This document shows positions 47,219 through 59,935 of a stretch of 64,000 nucleotides of DNA, piece by piece. Position numbers and translations under genes: made by a program. The number at the start of each line of letters is the position of its first letter. Within the stretch, counting starts at the first letter, position 1. The stretch is from the NCBI GenBank assembly GCA_040285825.1, contig JAUPSS010000004.1:4679784-4743783 (forward strand). The letters run 5' to 3'. The notes under the pieces were generated by a model. The model saw nothing but the letters and a program-made list of their open reading frames with translations, ran no database searches and was not told the origin of the DNA. The stretch is from Eukaryota sp. TZLM1-RC. Lineage: Eukaryota; Protista; Metamonada: BaSk clade.

Positions 47219-50200
47219 TCATTGTAAGAAGGCTTTTTTCGTTGAGGCGGCTACGATAATATCATCCATATAGATGAATACTCCTTCAGAGTCAAAAATA
47301 CCTTTCATGAGGTTTTGAAACACAGCAGGAACATTCTTTAGGCCAAAAGCAGCACGGGTGTTTTTGATCTTCCTTCCTGGGATGGCTATGGCCGATTTCT
47401 CTTGATCGTCGGGGTGCAGATTTAACTGCCAGAAGGCTTTTGGCAAATCCAGGGTGGCAATGTATTTATTACCAGAGAGGAACTCACAGACATCAGAAAT
47501 CTTGGGCAGATCAGCTGGAACAGGGACAGTTAGGTCGTTGATGCCTCCAGCACCGGAGTAATCTCCAGTTAGACGAGGAGGTTTCCCAGGGCGTTGGACA
47601 AGACATATGGGTGAGCTCCAGGGTCCATCATAGGGCACAGCAAAACCATTGTTTACGAGTACGTCCATTTCTTCGTTGGCAACCTTAAGCTTATCCGGTG
47701 GCAGGTAACGGAATTTCTTAGAAACAATCTTGGATTCATCGTGGAAAGGAATGCGCATCGGTGGACAGTCTATACCTTCAGGGGCTGGAAGCTTTGAAAA
47801 TACTTCTGGGTATTTGAACAATAAATCTTTGATCGAAGTTTCCAGAGCAAGGTCGTTCAGCAGAAACGAGGTTTTGTCCAGATCAGGGAGAGCGGAAAGA
47901 GCAGAGACTCGGTCAGACGGAGGAATGAACAGATCAGGGATTGATTCATCTTCCATTAACTGATAGTTTTTATCAGATAGGTTAAGGAAGAGGTACTCAT
48001 CGGTTAGGATGCCTAGCCTTTTGAGGAGGTCGCAACCAATGATACATGAATTCTGGCAAGGGAGTACAGCAAGGGTTACGTCGATAAAGGTGAGCTTAGC
48101 GGCGCCTCCAAGAGAGAAGGCGAGCTTTCCAGAAACAAGGGGGCAGACAACTTTAGTCCGATCAGCTAGTCCTACTTCAAGAGAGTTATTCGTGGGTTGG
48201 AGCTTGGCCTTTTTGGTTAGATCTTCAGAGATACATGAGATAGTGGCTCCAGTGTCTACCATTCCGTACAGGAAGGTCTGTTCATCGACTAGGATCTTCA
48301 AGTGGAGCAGCTTCTTGTCTACAGGCTTGTTGAGTTCTTTCTCAAATATTGAGATCATAGGCTTAGCGAGGGAGTCGTCCTTCTTGATCAATTCCTTAGA
48401 TCCTTTGGTCTCGTTCTTAGAGCGTTTCTTGGTAAATTCAGAGGCATCATGCGTTACTCCACCGTCGGCGTAAGCACAGTCGGCGTCGACCAGCCCAGAC
48501 TCAGTGTCGAGGTCGGGATTAGCTTCCAACGACAAAGAGTCTATGTTACGGGAGGGAGCCTTTCCTGGCGGTACCACATGAGATAAGCTTGAGGAAACCT
48601 TCGAAGCTGACTCGCTAGAATTAGACATAGGATTAGAGGATGGTTCAGAATAGGTTGAGGGAGAACGAGGGATAAGAGCGTGGTTGGTATCTGAGAAAGG
48701 AGGGGCTATTGAATCTAAGTTGTCGAAGAGTTCTTGAAACTCTTGCGCTTCAGAGAATGACAGGGAGGGTGTTGAGCTTCTGGATGTTGAAGGAGATGTC
48801 GAGTAGTTATAAAGGTTTATTGAAGAGAATGGGTTGAGGGTCACACTATAAGAATCATTGTCGGAACTAGAGGAGGATGAGGACATTACTCCATGCGGGA
48901 AGATGCTCTCGACGGCAGTATCTTCTTCCAAGGCAGACTGAATCGAATCAATGATTGAATTAACTTGAGGCTCTTCAGGGTTGGCGTCAGTTACTTGGTT
49001 GACTTGGCGGCGAAGGTTGTGCTTTCTTTGGAGGGTAGGATTGTTTCCATATTTCCGGGGCTTGCTGGCCTTGCATCCAGGCTTTGGGCAGTCCTTCACC
49101 ATATGGCCAGGCTCCTTGCAATAAAAGCAAGTTATGGGAGAGGGAGACTTCTGAGGAGAGAAATATTTCTGCTCAGAACGAGGACTTTGACGGGAAGGCG
49201 AAGACTTGGGGGTGGAGCGGACGGAATAAGACTTGTTAGCAGAGCGGTGGGCCTGGGGAGTTCGAGAATTCTGACGAGAGGGATGAGATCTAGGAGGAGG
49301 TGGGTTTGGGCCATGCAGAGTACAGTAAGCAGAGTAAGGGAGGTGATAGGAGGGAAGAAGCTGACGGAGGCGAGAGACTAAGGAGGAGAAGCTATCAATA
49401 GAGCCAGTTTCTACGTCGGTTCGGATGATAAAGCGGAGTCTCTCGGGACGTATTCCATTCGTAAAGAACTTCATACGAGCAGATTCAGGTAGTTCGGAGG
49501 GACAGAGTCGGAGTTTCTTGAGGAAGGCAGAGATGTAAGAAGTGATGGCTTCTTCAGCGATAGGAGCGGACAGATTGAGTCTCAGAGATTGAAGCTTATG
49601 ATAAGCCTCAGCAGAGTCTTCAAAACGGCAAAAGGATAACAAGTGGGAAAGAACGGCTTCAGGGTCGTTGGGATCGATTCCTTCGAAGATCTCGAAGGTC
49701 TCTAACACTATAGGGGCAATAGTACATAACACATACGGCAGCATAACTTGGTGAAGCTGATTTTCAGAAACAAGGCGGCGCTTTTCGAAGGTAGCAACAT
49801 TGGTGGTATCGGAGGAGTCAGAAGGCGGGTCTTGACTTTCTTCAAAATCCATCTCAGAGGGAAGTTTGAAGTTTCGAGGGTGCAAGGTCGAACTAGGTTT
49901 TCTCGTTCTAGTGGAGACAGGGGTAGATTCGGAGGTGTCTTCAGTACTCAATTCGGAATTCTCGGTGAGAGAAAGTCTGGATTTCAGGGCAGCAACTTCT
50001 TGAGTGCGAGCCTTGATGGCTTCTCGGTCAGAATCACAGGAGGAGGACTCGGATGCCTTCGTGCCGGAGGGAGACTGAGAGTGAGTAGAAGACGGATATC
50101 TTCTTGCCATGTCTGACGAGACATGATTGGAGGACATACGGGATGCGTACACCTTAAGCGCTTCCACATACTGGGAGATGGCTTCTCGACCAGTGTGTTG

Positions 50201-50296
50201 TAAATACGGAGCGACTTGAGGGTACCTGGCTACGGAGGTGGATTCTCTGGGGTCCACAGTAATTACTGTTGGCTTTAATGCACGTTGGTTTTCCAT
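47219..50296 (-). CDS. Gypsy gag-protease-RT (premature stop before the RH ORF 46343-47206, same frame)
   Basis: Motifs as above; a single TGA separates it from the in-frame RT-thumb/RH ORF. Confidence 0.9.
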   Translation of the reverse strand: MENQRALKPTVITVDPRESTSVARYPQVAPYLQHTGREAISQYVEALKVYASRMSSNHVSSDMARRYPSSTHSQSPSGTKASESSSCDSDREAIKARTQEVAALKSRLSLTENSELSTEDTSESTPVSTRTRKPSSTLHPRNFKLPSEMDFEESQDPPSDSSDTTNVATFEKRRLVSENQLHQVMLPYVLCTIAPIVLETFEIFEGIDPNDPEAVLSHLLSFCRFEDSAEAYHKLQSLRLNLSAPIAEEAITSYISAFLKKLRLCPSELPESARMKFFTNGIRPERLRFIIRTDVETGSIDSFSSLVSRLRQLLPSYHLPYSAYCTLHGPNPPPPRSHPSRQNSRTPQAHRSANKSYSVRSTPKSSPSRQSPRSEQKYFSPQKSPSPITCFYCKEPGHMVKDCPKPGCKASKPRKYGNNPTLQRKHNLRRQVNQVTDANPEEPQVNSIIDSIQSALEEDTAVESIFPHGVMSSSSSSSDNDSYSVTLNPFSSINLYNYSTSPSTSRSSTPSLSFSEAQEFQELFDNLDSIAPPFSDTNHALIPRSPSTYSEPSSNPMSNSSESASKVSSSLSHVVPPGKAPSRNIDSLSLEANPDLDTESGLVDADCAYADGGVTHDASEFTKKRSKNETKGSKELIKKDDSLAKPMISIFEKELNKPVDKKLLHLKILVDEQTFLYGMVDTGATISCISEDLTKKAKLQPTNNSLEVGLADRTKVVCPLVSGKLAFSLGGAAKLTFIDVTLAVLPCQNSCIIGCDLLKRLGILTDEYLFLNLSDKNYQLMEDESIPDLFIPPSDRVSALSALPDLDKTSFLLNDLALETSIKDLLFKYPEVFSKLPAPEGIDCPPMRIPFHDESKIVSKKFRYLPPDKLKVANEEMDVLVNNGFAVPYDGPWSSPICLVQRPGKPPRLTGDYSGAGGINDLTVPVPADLPKISDVCEFLSGNKYIATLDLPKAFWQLNLHPDDQEKSAIAIPGRKIKNTRAAFGLKNVPAVFQNLMKGIFDSEGVFIYMDDIIVAASTKKAFLQ

Positions 50297-50366
50297 AAAA
50301 CGAATAAAAACAGATGTTTATAGAACAGAGGTAGAAAATCAACAATAAATTAAACAATAACAAATT

Positions 50367-50438
50367 CAAACTAATGTTGCCGTGATACATCACGTCATAC
50401 TTTCCGGAATCGGCAAGAGGAGTTTAGCCTGGCTAACA
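50367..50438 (-). repeat. 5' LTR
   Basis: TGTTAGCC...GGCAACA core of 64 bp followed by TTAGTTTG. Confidence 0.9.
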
Positions 50439-51419
50439 GAATGTTTTAAATTTGAAGTACACTCTTCGAACATTACAGAAACGATTGACTGGAATGTATG
50501 AAAATGATCTTTATAATAATATATGCAGCTCGGCTGTTTTAAATCAAGATATTCACTCATTGTTATTGGAAAAGGGTGTTTGTGAAAACAAGTCATCAGA
50601 TTCTTCACTTTTTGTAACCATTGTACCACGAAGATTTGGATTGTGTGCCACTAATGAAACATTTGTAACAAAAATGAGATTATATTTTAATATCCCCATT
50701 AATCAATTATTATCAAAAGAAAAATGTATTTGTTCGAATTCACCTCAACTCACTTTGCGCCATGCTCTGAATTGCTCTAAATTGATAACTTATCGTTCTT
50801 CATTACATGATGCTGTTAGAGACACTGTTTTCAATATGGCACAAACTGCAAGGATATCGTGTATCAAAGAGTCCCTGCTGAAGGAAACACTTTCTCTGAA
50901 TAATTTTGGTTCTGATGATAGAGGTGATGTATACTGTGATTGGATTGATAATTCTGAAGCTATTGTTGACTTTGTCTCATGTAATGTTACAAATGATACT
51001 TTGGTTCACAGAAGAAAACTTAATCCTGTGACTGCTCTTGATTTTAAAGCAAAAGAGAAACATAGAAAATATGATAAAAGATATTGAAGAGGCTAATGCC
51101 GATAGAAATACACAGCTGGTTTTCATTGGTTTCCCATTTTCGATAAATGGAAGATTATCAGATGAAGCAGAAACTTTTTTTGAATGACTTCCAAAAAATG
51201 GTGCAAGAAAAAACAATGAAAAGATTTGATATTTTTTTATGGCGTTCAAGGATTCAATTTGCCATTATTAATAGATTACCTCGGTTTTTCAATCGAATAA
51301 GAGAAGCTTTAGCTAGACACCAAGCAGATCAAGATTTTGTAGAGGAAATCTTGGCTCAATGATAGTCGTCCCATCAGTTATGAGTTAATTTAATTAAGTG
51401 TGCAAATTCAATAAATATA

Positions 51420-54400
51420 CCGTTGTATTTCTGACAAAATTGACCGAATGTTGATTTTAGATATACAAAAACACATCAAATTTACCATTATAAGACTGTG
51501 TTTTAGTTCCAATTTCAATCATATATTTCGATCTACAAATCCTCTTGTCACTAGGCCTTTGGCTCAGAAGTTTAATGAATTACATGCAAAAGTTCTGTCA
51601 CAATTACTGGGATGTAAAATGTTCCAAATTCCAGACCATGCTTACCTTAGTCCACATTATGGCGGTTTAGGGTGGACGAAGGCTTCTATTCTTACCTCGT
51701 GTGCTTTTGTTGGCGGATGCAGAAATGCAATCTTTGAGTTTTCCGAAAGATTTGCAGATTGGGAAGATTTATTGATGACAACGCAAAGTTCCACTGTTTT
51801 TGCATTAAATGAAGAAATTTCAAAAATTGATGCAGAAAAATGGGGTCGATGCTTTCCCCAATCATTCAATGGCAATATTCCAGAAAAGAATGTTTTAAAT
51901 TTGAAGTACACACTTCGAACATTACAGAAACGATTGACTGGAATGTATGAAAATGATCTTTATAGTAATATATGCAGCTCGGCTGTTTTAAATCAAGATA
52001 TTCACTCATTGTTATTGGAAAAGGGTGTTTGTGAAAACAAGTCATCAGATTCTTCACTTTTTGTAACCATTGTACCACGAAGATTTGGATTGTGTGCCAC
52101 TAATGAAACATTTGTAACAAAAATGAGATTATATTTTAATTTCCCCATTAATCAATTATTATCAAAAGAAAAATGTATTTGTTCGAATTCACCTCAACTC
52201 ACTTTGCGCCATGCTCTGAATTGCTCTAAATTGATAACTTATCGTTCTTCATTACATGATGCTGTTAGAGACACTGTTTTCAATATGGCACAAACTGCAA
52301 GGATATCGTGTATCAAAGAGTCCCTGCTGAAGGAAACACTTTCTCTGAATAATTTTGGTTCTGTTGATAGAGGTGATGTATACTGTGATTGGATTGATAA
52401 TTCTGAAGCTATTGTTGACTTTGTCTCATGTAATGTTACAAATGATACTTTGGTTCACAGAAGAAAACTTAATCCTGTGACTGCTCTTGATTTTAAAGCA
52501 AAAGAGAAACATAGAAAATATGATAAAGATATTGAAGAGGCTAATGCCGATAGAAATACACAGCTGGTTTTCATTGGTTTCCCATTTTCGATAAATGGAA
52601 GATTATCAGATGAAGCAGAAACTTTTTTGAATGACTTCCAAAAAATGGTGCAAGAAAAAACAATGAAAAGATTTGATATTTTTTTATGGCGTTCAAGGAT
52701 TCAATTTGCCATTATTAATAGATTACCTCGGTTTTTCAATCGAATAAGAGAAGCTTTAGCTAGACACCAAGCAGATCAAGATTTTGTAGAGGAAATCTTG
52801 GCTCAATGATAGTCGTCCCATTAGTTATGAGTTAATTTAATTAAGTGTGCAAATTCAATAAATATACCGTTGTATTTCTGACAAAATTGACCGAATGTTG
52901 ATTTTAGATATACAAAAACACATCAAATTTACCATTATAAGACTGTGTTTTAGTTCCAATTTCAATCATATATTTCGATCTACAAATCCTCTTGTCACTA
53001 GGCCTTTGGCTCAGAAGTTTAATGAATTACATGCAAAAGTTCTGTCACAAATACTGGGATGTAAAATGTTTCAAATTCCAGATCATGCTTACCTTAGTCC
53101 TCATTATGGCGGTTTAAAGTGGACGAAGGCTTCTATTCTTACCTCGTGTGCTTTTGTTGGTGGATGCAGAAATGCAATTTTTATGTTTTCCGAAAGATTT
53201 GCAGATTGGGAAGATTTATTGATGACAACGCAAAGTTCCACTGTTTTTGCATTAAATGAAGAAATTTCAAAAATTGATGCAGAAAAATGGGGTCGATGCT
53301 TTCCCCAATCATTCAATGGCAATATTCCAGAAAAGAATGTTTTAAATTTGAAGTACACACTTCGAACATTACAGAAACGATTGACTGGAATGTATGAAAA
53401 TGATCTTTATAGTAATATATGCAGCTCGGCTGTTTTAAATCAAGATATTCACTCATTGTTATTGGAAAAGGGTGTTTGTGAAAACAAGTCATCAGATTCT
53501 TCACTTTTTGTAACCATTGTACCACGAAGATTTGGATTGTGTGCCACTAATGAAGCATTTGTAACAAAAATGAGATTATATTTTAATATCCCCATTAATC
53601 AATTATTATCAAAAGAAAAATGTATTTGTTCGAATTCACCTCAACTCACTTTGCGCCATGCTCTGAATTGCTCTAAATTGATAACTTATCGTACTTCATT
53701 ACATGATGCTGTTAGAGACACTGTTTTCAATATGGCACAAACTGCAAGAATATCGTGTATCAAAGAGCCCCTGCTGAAGGAAACACTTTCTCTGAATAAT
53801 TTTGGTTCTGATGATAGAGGTGATGTATACTGTGATTGGATTGATAATTCTGAAGCTATTGTTGACTTTGTCTCATGTAATGTTGCAAATGATACTTTGG
53901 TTCACAGAAGAAAACTTAATCCTGTGACTGCTCTTGATTTTAAAGCAAAAGAGAAACATAGAAAATATGATAAAGATATTGAAGAGGCTAATGCCGATAG
54001 AAATACACAGCTGGTTTTCATTGGTTTCCCATTTTCGATAAATGGAAGATTATCAGATGAAGCAGAAACTTTTTTGAATGACTTCCAAAAAAATGGTGCA
54101 AGAAAAAAACAATGAAAAGATTTGATATTTTTTATGGCGTTCAAGGATTCAATTTGCCATTATTAATAGATTACCTCGGTTTTTCAATCGAATAAGAGAA
54201 GCTTTAGCTAGACACCAAGCAGATCAAGATTTTGTAGAGGAAATCTTGGCTCAATGATAGTCGTCCCATTAGTTATGAGTTAATTTAATTAAGTGTGCAA
54301 ATTCAATAAATATACCGTTGTATTTCTGACAAAATTGACCGAATGTTGATTTTAGATATACAAAAACACATCAAATTTACCATTATAAGACTGTGTTTTA

Positions 54401-57400
54401 GTTCCAATTTCAATCATATATTTCGATCTACAAATCCTCTTGTCACTAGGCCTTTGGCTCAGAAGTTTAATGAATTACATGCAAAAGTTCTGTCACAAAT
54501 ACTGGGATGTAAAATGTTCCAAATTCCAGACCATGCTTACCTTAGTCCACATTATGGTGGTTTAGGGTGGACGAAGGCTTCTATTCTTACCTCGTGTGCT
54601 TTTGTTGGCGGATGCAGAAATGCAATCTTTGAGTTTTCCGAAAGATTTGCAGATTGGGAAGATTTATTGATGACAACGCAAAGTTCCACTGTTTTTGCAT
54701 TAAATGAAGAAATTTCAAAAATTGATGCAGAAAAATGGGGTCGATGCTTTCCCCAATCATTCAATGGCAATATTCCAGAAAAGAATGTTTTAAATTTGAA
54801 GTACACACTTCGAACATTACAGAAACGATTGACTGGAATGTATGAAAATGATCTTTATAGTAATATATGCAGCTCGGCTGTTTTAAATCAAGATATTCAC
54901 TCATTGTTATTGGAAAAGGGTGTTTGTGAAAACAAGTCATCAGATTCTTCACTTTTTGTAACCATTGTACCACGAAGATTTGGATTGTGTGCCACTAATG
55001 AAACATTTGTAACAAAAATGAGATTATATTTTAATTTCCCCATTAATCAATTATTATCAAAAGAAAAATGTATTTGTTCGAATTCACCTCAACTCACTTT
55101 GCGCCATGCTCTGAATTGCTCTAAATTGATAACTTATCGTTCTTCATTACATGATGCTGTTAGAGACACTGTTTTCAATATGGCACAAACTGCAAGGATA
55201 TCGTGTATCAAAGAGTCCCTGCTGAAGGAAACACTTTCTCTGAATAATTTTGGTTCTGATGATAGAGGTGATGTATACTGTGATTGGATTGATAATTCTG
55301 AAGCTATTGTTGACTTTGTCTCATGTAATGTTACAAATGATACTTTGGTTCACAGAAGAAAACTTAATCCTGTGACTGCTCTTGATTTTAAAGCAAAAGA
55401 GAAACATAGAAAATATGATAAAGATATTGAAGAGGCTAATGCCGATAGAAATACACAGCTGGTTTTCATTGGTTTCCCATTTTCGATAAATGGAAGATTA
55501 TCAGATGAAGCAGAAACTTTTTTGAATGACTTCCAAAAAATGGTGCAAGAAAAAACAATGAAAAGATTTGATATTTTTTTATGGCGTTCAAGGATTCAAT
55601 TTGCCATTATTAATAGATTACCTCGGTTTTTCAATCGAATAAGAGAAGCTTTAGCTAGACACCAAGCAGATCAAGATTTTGTAGAGGAAATCTTGGCTCA
55701 ATGATAGTCGTCCCATTAGTTATGAGTTAATTTAATTAAGTGTGCAAATTCAATAAATATACCGTTGTATTTCTGACAAAATTGACCGAATGTTGATTTT
55801 AGATATACAAAAACACATCAAATTTACCATTATAAGACTGTGTTTTAGTTCCAATTTCAATCATATATTTCGATCTACAAATCCTCTTGTCACTAGGCCT
55901 TTGGCTCAGAAGTTTAATGAATTACATGCAAAAGTTCTGTCACAAATACTGGGATGTAAAATGTTCCAAATTCCAGACCATGCTTACCTTAGTCCTCATT
56001 ATGGCGGTTTAGAGTGGACGAAGGCTTCTATTCTTACCTCGTGTGCTTTTGTTGGTGGATGCAGAAATGCAATCTTTGAGTTTTCCGAAAGATTTGCAGA
56101 TTGGGAAGATTTATTGATGACAACGCAAAGTTCCACTGTTTTTGCATTAAATGAAGAAATTTCAAAAATTGATGCAGAAAAATGGGGTCGATGCTTTCCC
56201 CAATCATTCAATGGCAATATTCCAGAAAAGAATGTTTTAAATTTGAAGTACACACTGCGAACATTACAGAAACGATTGACTGGAATGTATGAAAATGATC
56301 TTTATAGTAATATATGCAGCTCGGCTGTTTTAAATCAAGATATTCACTCATTGTTATTGGAAAAGGGTGTTTGTGAAAACAAGTCATCAGATTCTTCACT
56401 TTTTGTAACCATTGTACCACGAAGATTTGGATTGTGTGCCACTAATGAAACATTTGTAACAAAAATGAGATTATATTTTAATTTCCCCATTAATCAATTA
56501 TTATCAAAAGAAAAATGTATTTGTTCGAATTCACCTCAACTCACTTTGCGCCATGCTCTGAATTGCTCTAAATTGATAACTTATCGTTCTTCATTACATG
56601 ATGCTGTTAGAGACACTGTTTTCAATATGGCACAAACTGCAAGGATATCGTGTATCAAAGAGTCCCTGCTGAAGGAAACACTTTCTCTGAATAATTTTGG
56701 TTCTGATGATAGAGGTGATGTATACTGTGATTGGATTGATAATTCTGAAGCTATTGTTGACTTTGTCTCATGTAATGTTACAAATGATACTTTGGTTCAC
56801 AGAAGAAAACTTAATCCTGTGACTGCTCTTGATTTTAAAGCAAAAGAGAAACATAGAAAATATGATAAAGATATTGAAGAGGCTAATGCCGATAGAAATA
56901 CACAGCTGGTTTTCATTGGTTTCCCATTTTCGATAAATGGAAGATTATCAGATGAAGCAGAAACTTTTTTTGAATGACTTCCAAAAAATGGTGCAAGAAA
57001 AAACAATGAAAAGATTTGATATTTTTTTATGGCTTTCAAGGATTCAATTTGCCATTATTAATAGATTACCTCGGTTTTTCAATCGAATAAGAGAAGCTTT
57101 AGCTAGACACCAAGCAGATCAAGATTTTGTAGAGGAAATCATGGCTCAATGATAGTCGTCCCATTAGTTATGAGTTAATTTAATTAAGTGTGCAAATTCA
57201 ATAAATATACCGTTGTATTTCTGACAAAATTGACCGAATGTTGATTTTAGATATACAAAAACACATCAAATTTACCATTATAAGACTGTGTTTTAGTTCC
57301 AATTTCAATCATATATTTCGATCTACAAATCCTCTTGTCACTAGGCCTTTGGCTCAGAAGTTTAATGAATTACATGCAAAAGTTCTGTCACAAATACTGG

Positions 57401-59935
57401 GATGTAAAATGTTCCAAATTCCAGACCATGCTTACCTTAGTCCTCATTATGGCGGTTTAGGGTGGACGAAGGCTTCTATTCTTACCTCGTGTGCTTTTGT
57501 TGGTGGATGCAGAAATGCAATCTTTGAGTTTTCCGAAAGATTTGCAGATTGGGAAGATTTATTGATGACAACGCAAAGTTCCACTGTTTTTGCATTAAAT
57601 GAAGAAATTTCAAAAATTGATGCAGAAAAATGGGGTCGATGCTTTCCCCAATCATTCAATGGCAATATTCCAGAAAAGAATGTTTTAAATTTGAAGTACA
57701 CACTTCGAACATTACAGAAACGATTGACTGGAATGTATGAAAATGATCTTTATAGTAATATATGCAGCTCGGCTGTTTTAAATCAAGATATTCACTCATT
57801 GTTATTGGAAAAGGGTGTTTGTGAAAGTAAGTCATCAGATTCTTCACTTTTTGTAACCATTGTACCACGAAGATTTGGATTGTGTGCCACTAATGAAGCA
57901 TTTGTAACAAAAATGAGATTATATTTTAATATCCCCATTAATCAATTATTATCAAAAGAAAAATGTATTTGTTCGAATTCACCTCAACTCACTTTGCGCC
58001 ATGCTCTGAATTGCTCTAAATTGATAACTTATCGTACTTCATTACATGATGCTGTTAGAGACACTGTTTTCAATATGGCACAAACTGCAAGAATATCGTG
58101 TATCAAAGAGCCCCTGCTGAAGGAAACACTTTCTCTGAATAATTTTGGTTCTGATGATAGAGGTGATGTATACTGTGATTGGATTGATAATTCTGAAGCT
58201 ATTGTTGACTTTGTCTCATGTAATGTTGCAAATGATACTTTGGTTCACAGAAGAAAACTTAATCCTGTGACTGCTCTTGATTTTAAAGCAAAAGAGAAAC
58301 ATAGAAAATATGATAAAGATATTGAAGAGGCTAATGTCGATAGAAATACACAGCTGGTTTTTATTGCTTTCCCATTTTCGATAAATGGAAGATTATCAGA
58401 TGAAGCAGAAACTTTTTTTGAATGACTTCCAAAAAATGGTGCAAGAAAAAACAATGAAAAGATTTGATATTTTTTTATGGCGTTCACGGATTCAATTTGC
58501 CATTATTAATAGATTACCTCGGTTTTTCAATCGAATAAGAGAAGCTTTAGCTAGATAGCAAGCAGATCAAGATTTTGTAGAGGAAATCTTGGTTCAATGA
58601 TAGTCGTCCCATTAGTTATGAGTTAATTTAATTAAGTGTGCAAATTCAATAAATATACCGTTGTATTTCTGACAAAATTGACCGAATGTTGATTTTAGAT
58701 ACACAAAAACACATCAAATTTACCATTATAAGACTGTGTTTTAGTTCCAATTTTAATCATATATTTCGATCTACAAATCCTCTTGTCACTAGACCTTTGG
58801 CTCAAAAGTTTAATGAGTTACGTGCAAAAGTTCTGTCTCAATTACTGGGATGTAAAATGTTTCAAATTCCAGATCATGCTTACCTTAGTCCACATTATGG
58901 TGGTTTAGGGTGGACGAAGGCTTCTATTCTTACCTCGTGTGCTTTTGTTGGTGGATGCAGAAATGCAATCTTTGAGTTTTCCGAAAGATTTGCAGATTGG
59001 GAAGATTTATTGATGACAACGCAAAGTTCCACTGTTTTTGCATTAAATGAAGAAATTTCAAGAATTGATGTAGAAAAATGGGGTCGATGTTTTCCCCAAT
59101 CATTCAATGGCAATATTCCAGAAATAAATGTTTTAAATTTGAAGTACACTCTTCGAACATTACAGAAAAGTTTGACTGGAATGTATGAAAAAGATCTTTA
59201 TAATAATATATGCAGCTCGGCTGTTTTAAATCAAGATCTTCACTCATTGTTATTGGAAAAGGGTGTTTGTGAAAACAAGTCGTCAGATTCTTCACTTTTT
59301 GTAACCATTGTACCACGAAGATTTGGATTGTGTGCCACTAATGAAGCATTTGTAACAAAAATGAGATTATATTTGAACATCCCCATTAACCAATTATTAT
59401 CAAAAGAAAAATGTATTTGTTCGAATTCACCTCAACTCACTTTGCGCCATGCTCTGAATTGCTCTAAATTGATAACTTATCGTTCTTCATTACATGATGC
59501 TGTTAGAGACACTGTTTTCAATATGGCACAAAGTGCAAGGATATCGTGTATCAAAGAGCCCCTGCTGAAGGAAACACTTTCTCTGAATAATTTTGGTTCT
59601 GATGATAGAGGTGATGTATACTGTGATTGGATTGATAATTCTGAAGCTATTGTTGACTTTGTCTCATGTAATGTTGCAAATGATACTTTGGTTCACAGAA
59701 GAAAACTAAATCCAGTAGCTGCTCTGGATCTTAAAGCAAAAGAGAAACATAGAAAATATGATAAAGATATTGAAGAGGCAAATGTCGATAGAAATACACA
59801 GCTGGTTTTTATTGCTTTCCCATTTTCGATAAATGGAAGATTATCAGTTGAAGCAGAAACTTTTTTGGATGACTTCCAAAAAATGGTGCAAGAAAAAACA
59901 ATGAAAAAATTTGATATTTTTTTATGGCGTTCACG
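51420..59935 (+). repeat. Tandem array of six ~1447-bp RT-less family B 3' halves
   Basis: ORF starts at 51448, 52895, 54343, 55790, 57238 and 58686; identical junction caataaatataccgttgtatttctgac. Confidence 0.97.
51448..52809 (+). CDS. RT-less CCHC + RLE endonuclease ORF (453 aa; also intact at 54343-55704)
   Basis: ATG-initiated; CIC..HALNC, HDAVRD, RGDV..IVDF, KEKHRKY, FPFSINGRL; followed by AATAAA. Confidence 0.75.
   Translation: MLILDIQKHIKFTIIRLCFSSNFNHIFRSTNPLVTRPLAQKFNELHAKVLSQLLGCKMFQIPDHAYLSPHYGGLGWTKASILTSCAFVGGCRNAIFEFSERFADWEDLLMTTQSSTVFALNEEISKIDAEKWGRCFPQSFNGNIPEKNVLNLKYTLRTLQKRLTGMYENDLYSNICSSAVLNQDIHSLLLEKGVCENKSSDSSLFVTIVPRRFGLCATNETFVTKMRLYFNFPINQLLSKEKCICSNSPQLTLRHALNCSKLITYRSSLHDAVRDTVFNMAQTARISCIKESLLKETLSLNNFGSVDRGDVYCDWIDNSEAIVDFVSCNVTNDTLVHRRKLNPVTALDFKAKEKHRKYDKDIEEANADRNTQLVFIGFPFSINGRLSDEAETFLNDFQKMVQEKTMKRFDIFLWRSRIQFAIINRLPRFFNRIREALARHQADQDFVEEILAQ

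Larger units (their letters stand above)
43205..50438 (-). mobile_element. Full-length Ty3/gypsy LTR retrotransposon, 4-bp TSD GAAT
   Basis: Gag CCHC (CFYCKEPGHMVKDC), PR (VDTGA), RT (YMDD), RH (TDASD..KEL..CDH), IN (HHCC, D..DNGPEF..E), chromo-like tail. PPT at ~43286-43308. GAAT at 43201-43204 and 50439-50442. Confidence 0.95.
39720..51420 (+). mobile_element. CRE-like family B retrotransposon (RT + CCHC + RLE) split by two LTR-type insertions: pieces ~39720-40972, 42907-43204, 50443-51420
   Basis: RT ORF 39797-40792 (KSAGLSG, VRPIAVSE, QYGI, LDFSKAFNS, GVKQGDPLGP, AYMDD). The remaining pieces are collinear with the 453-aa ORF and carry stops and frameshifts. Confidence 0.9.
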
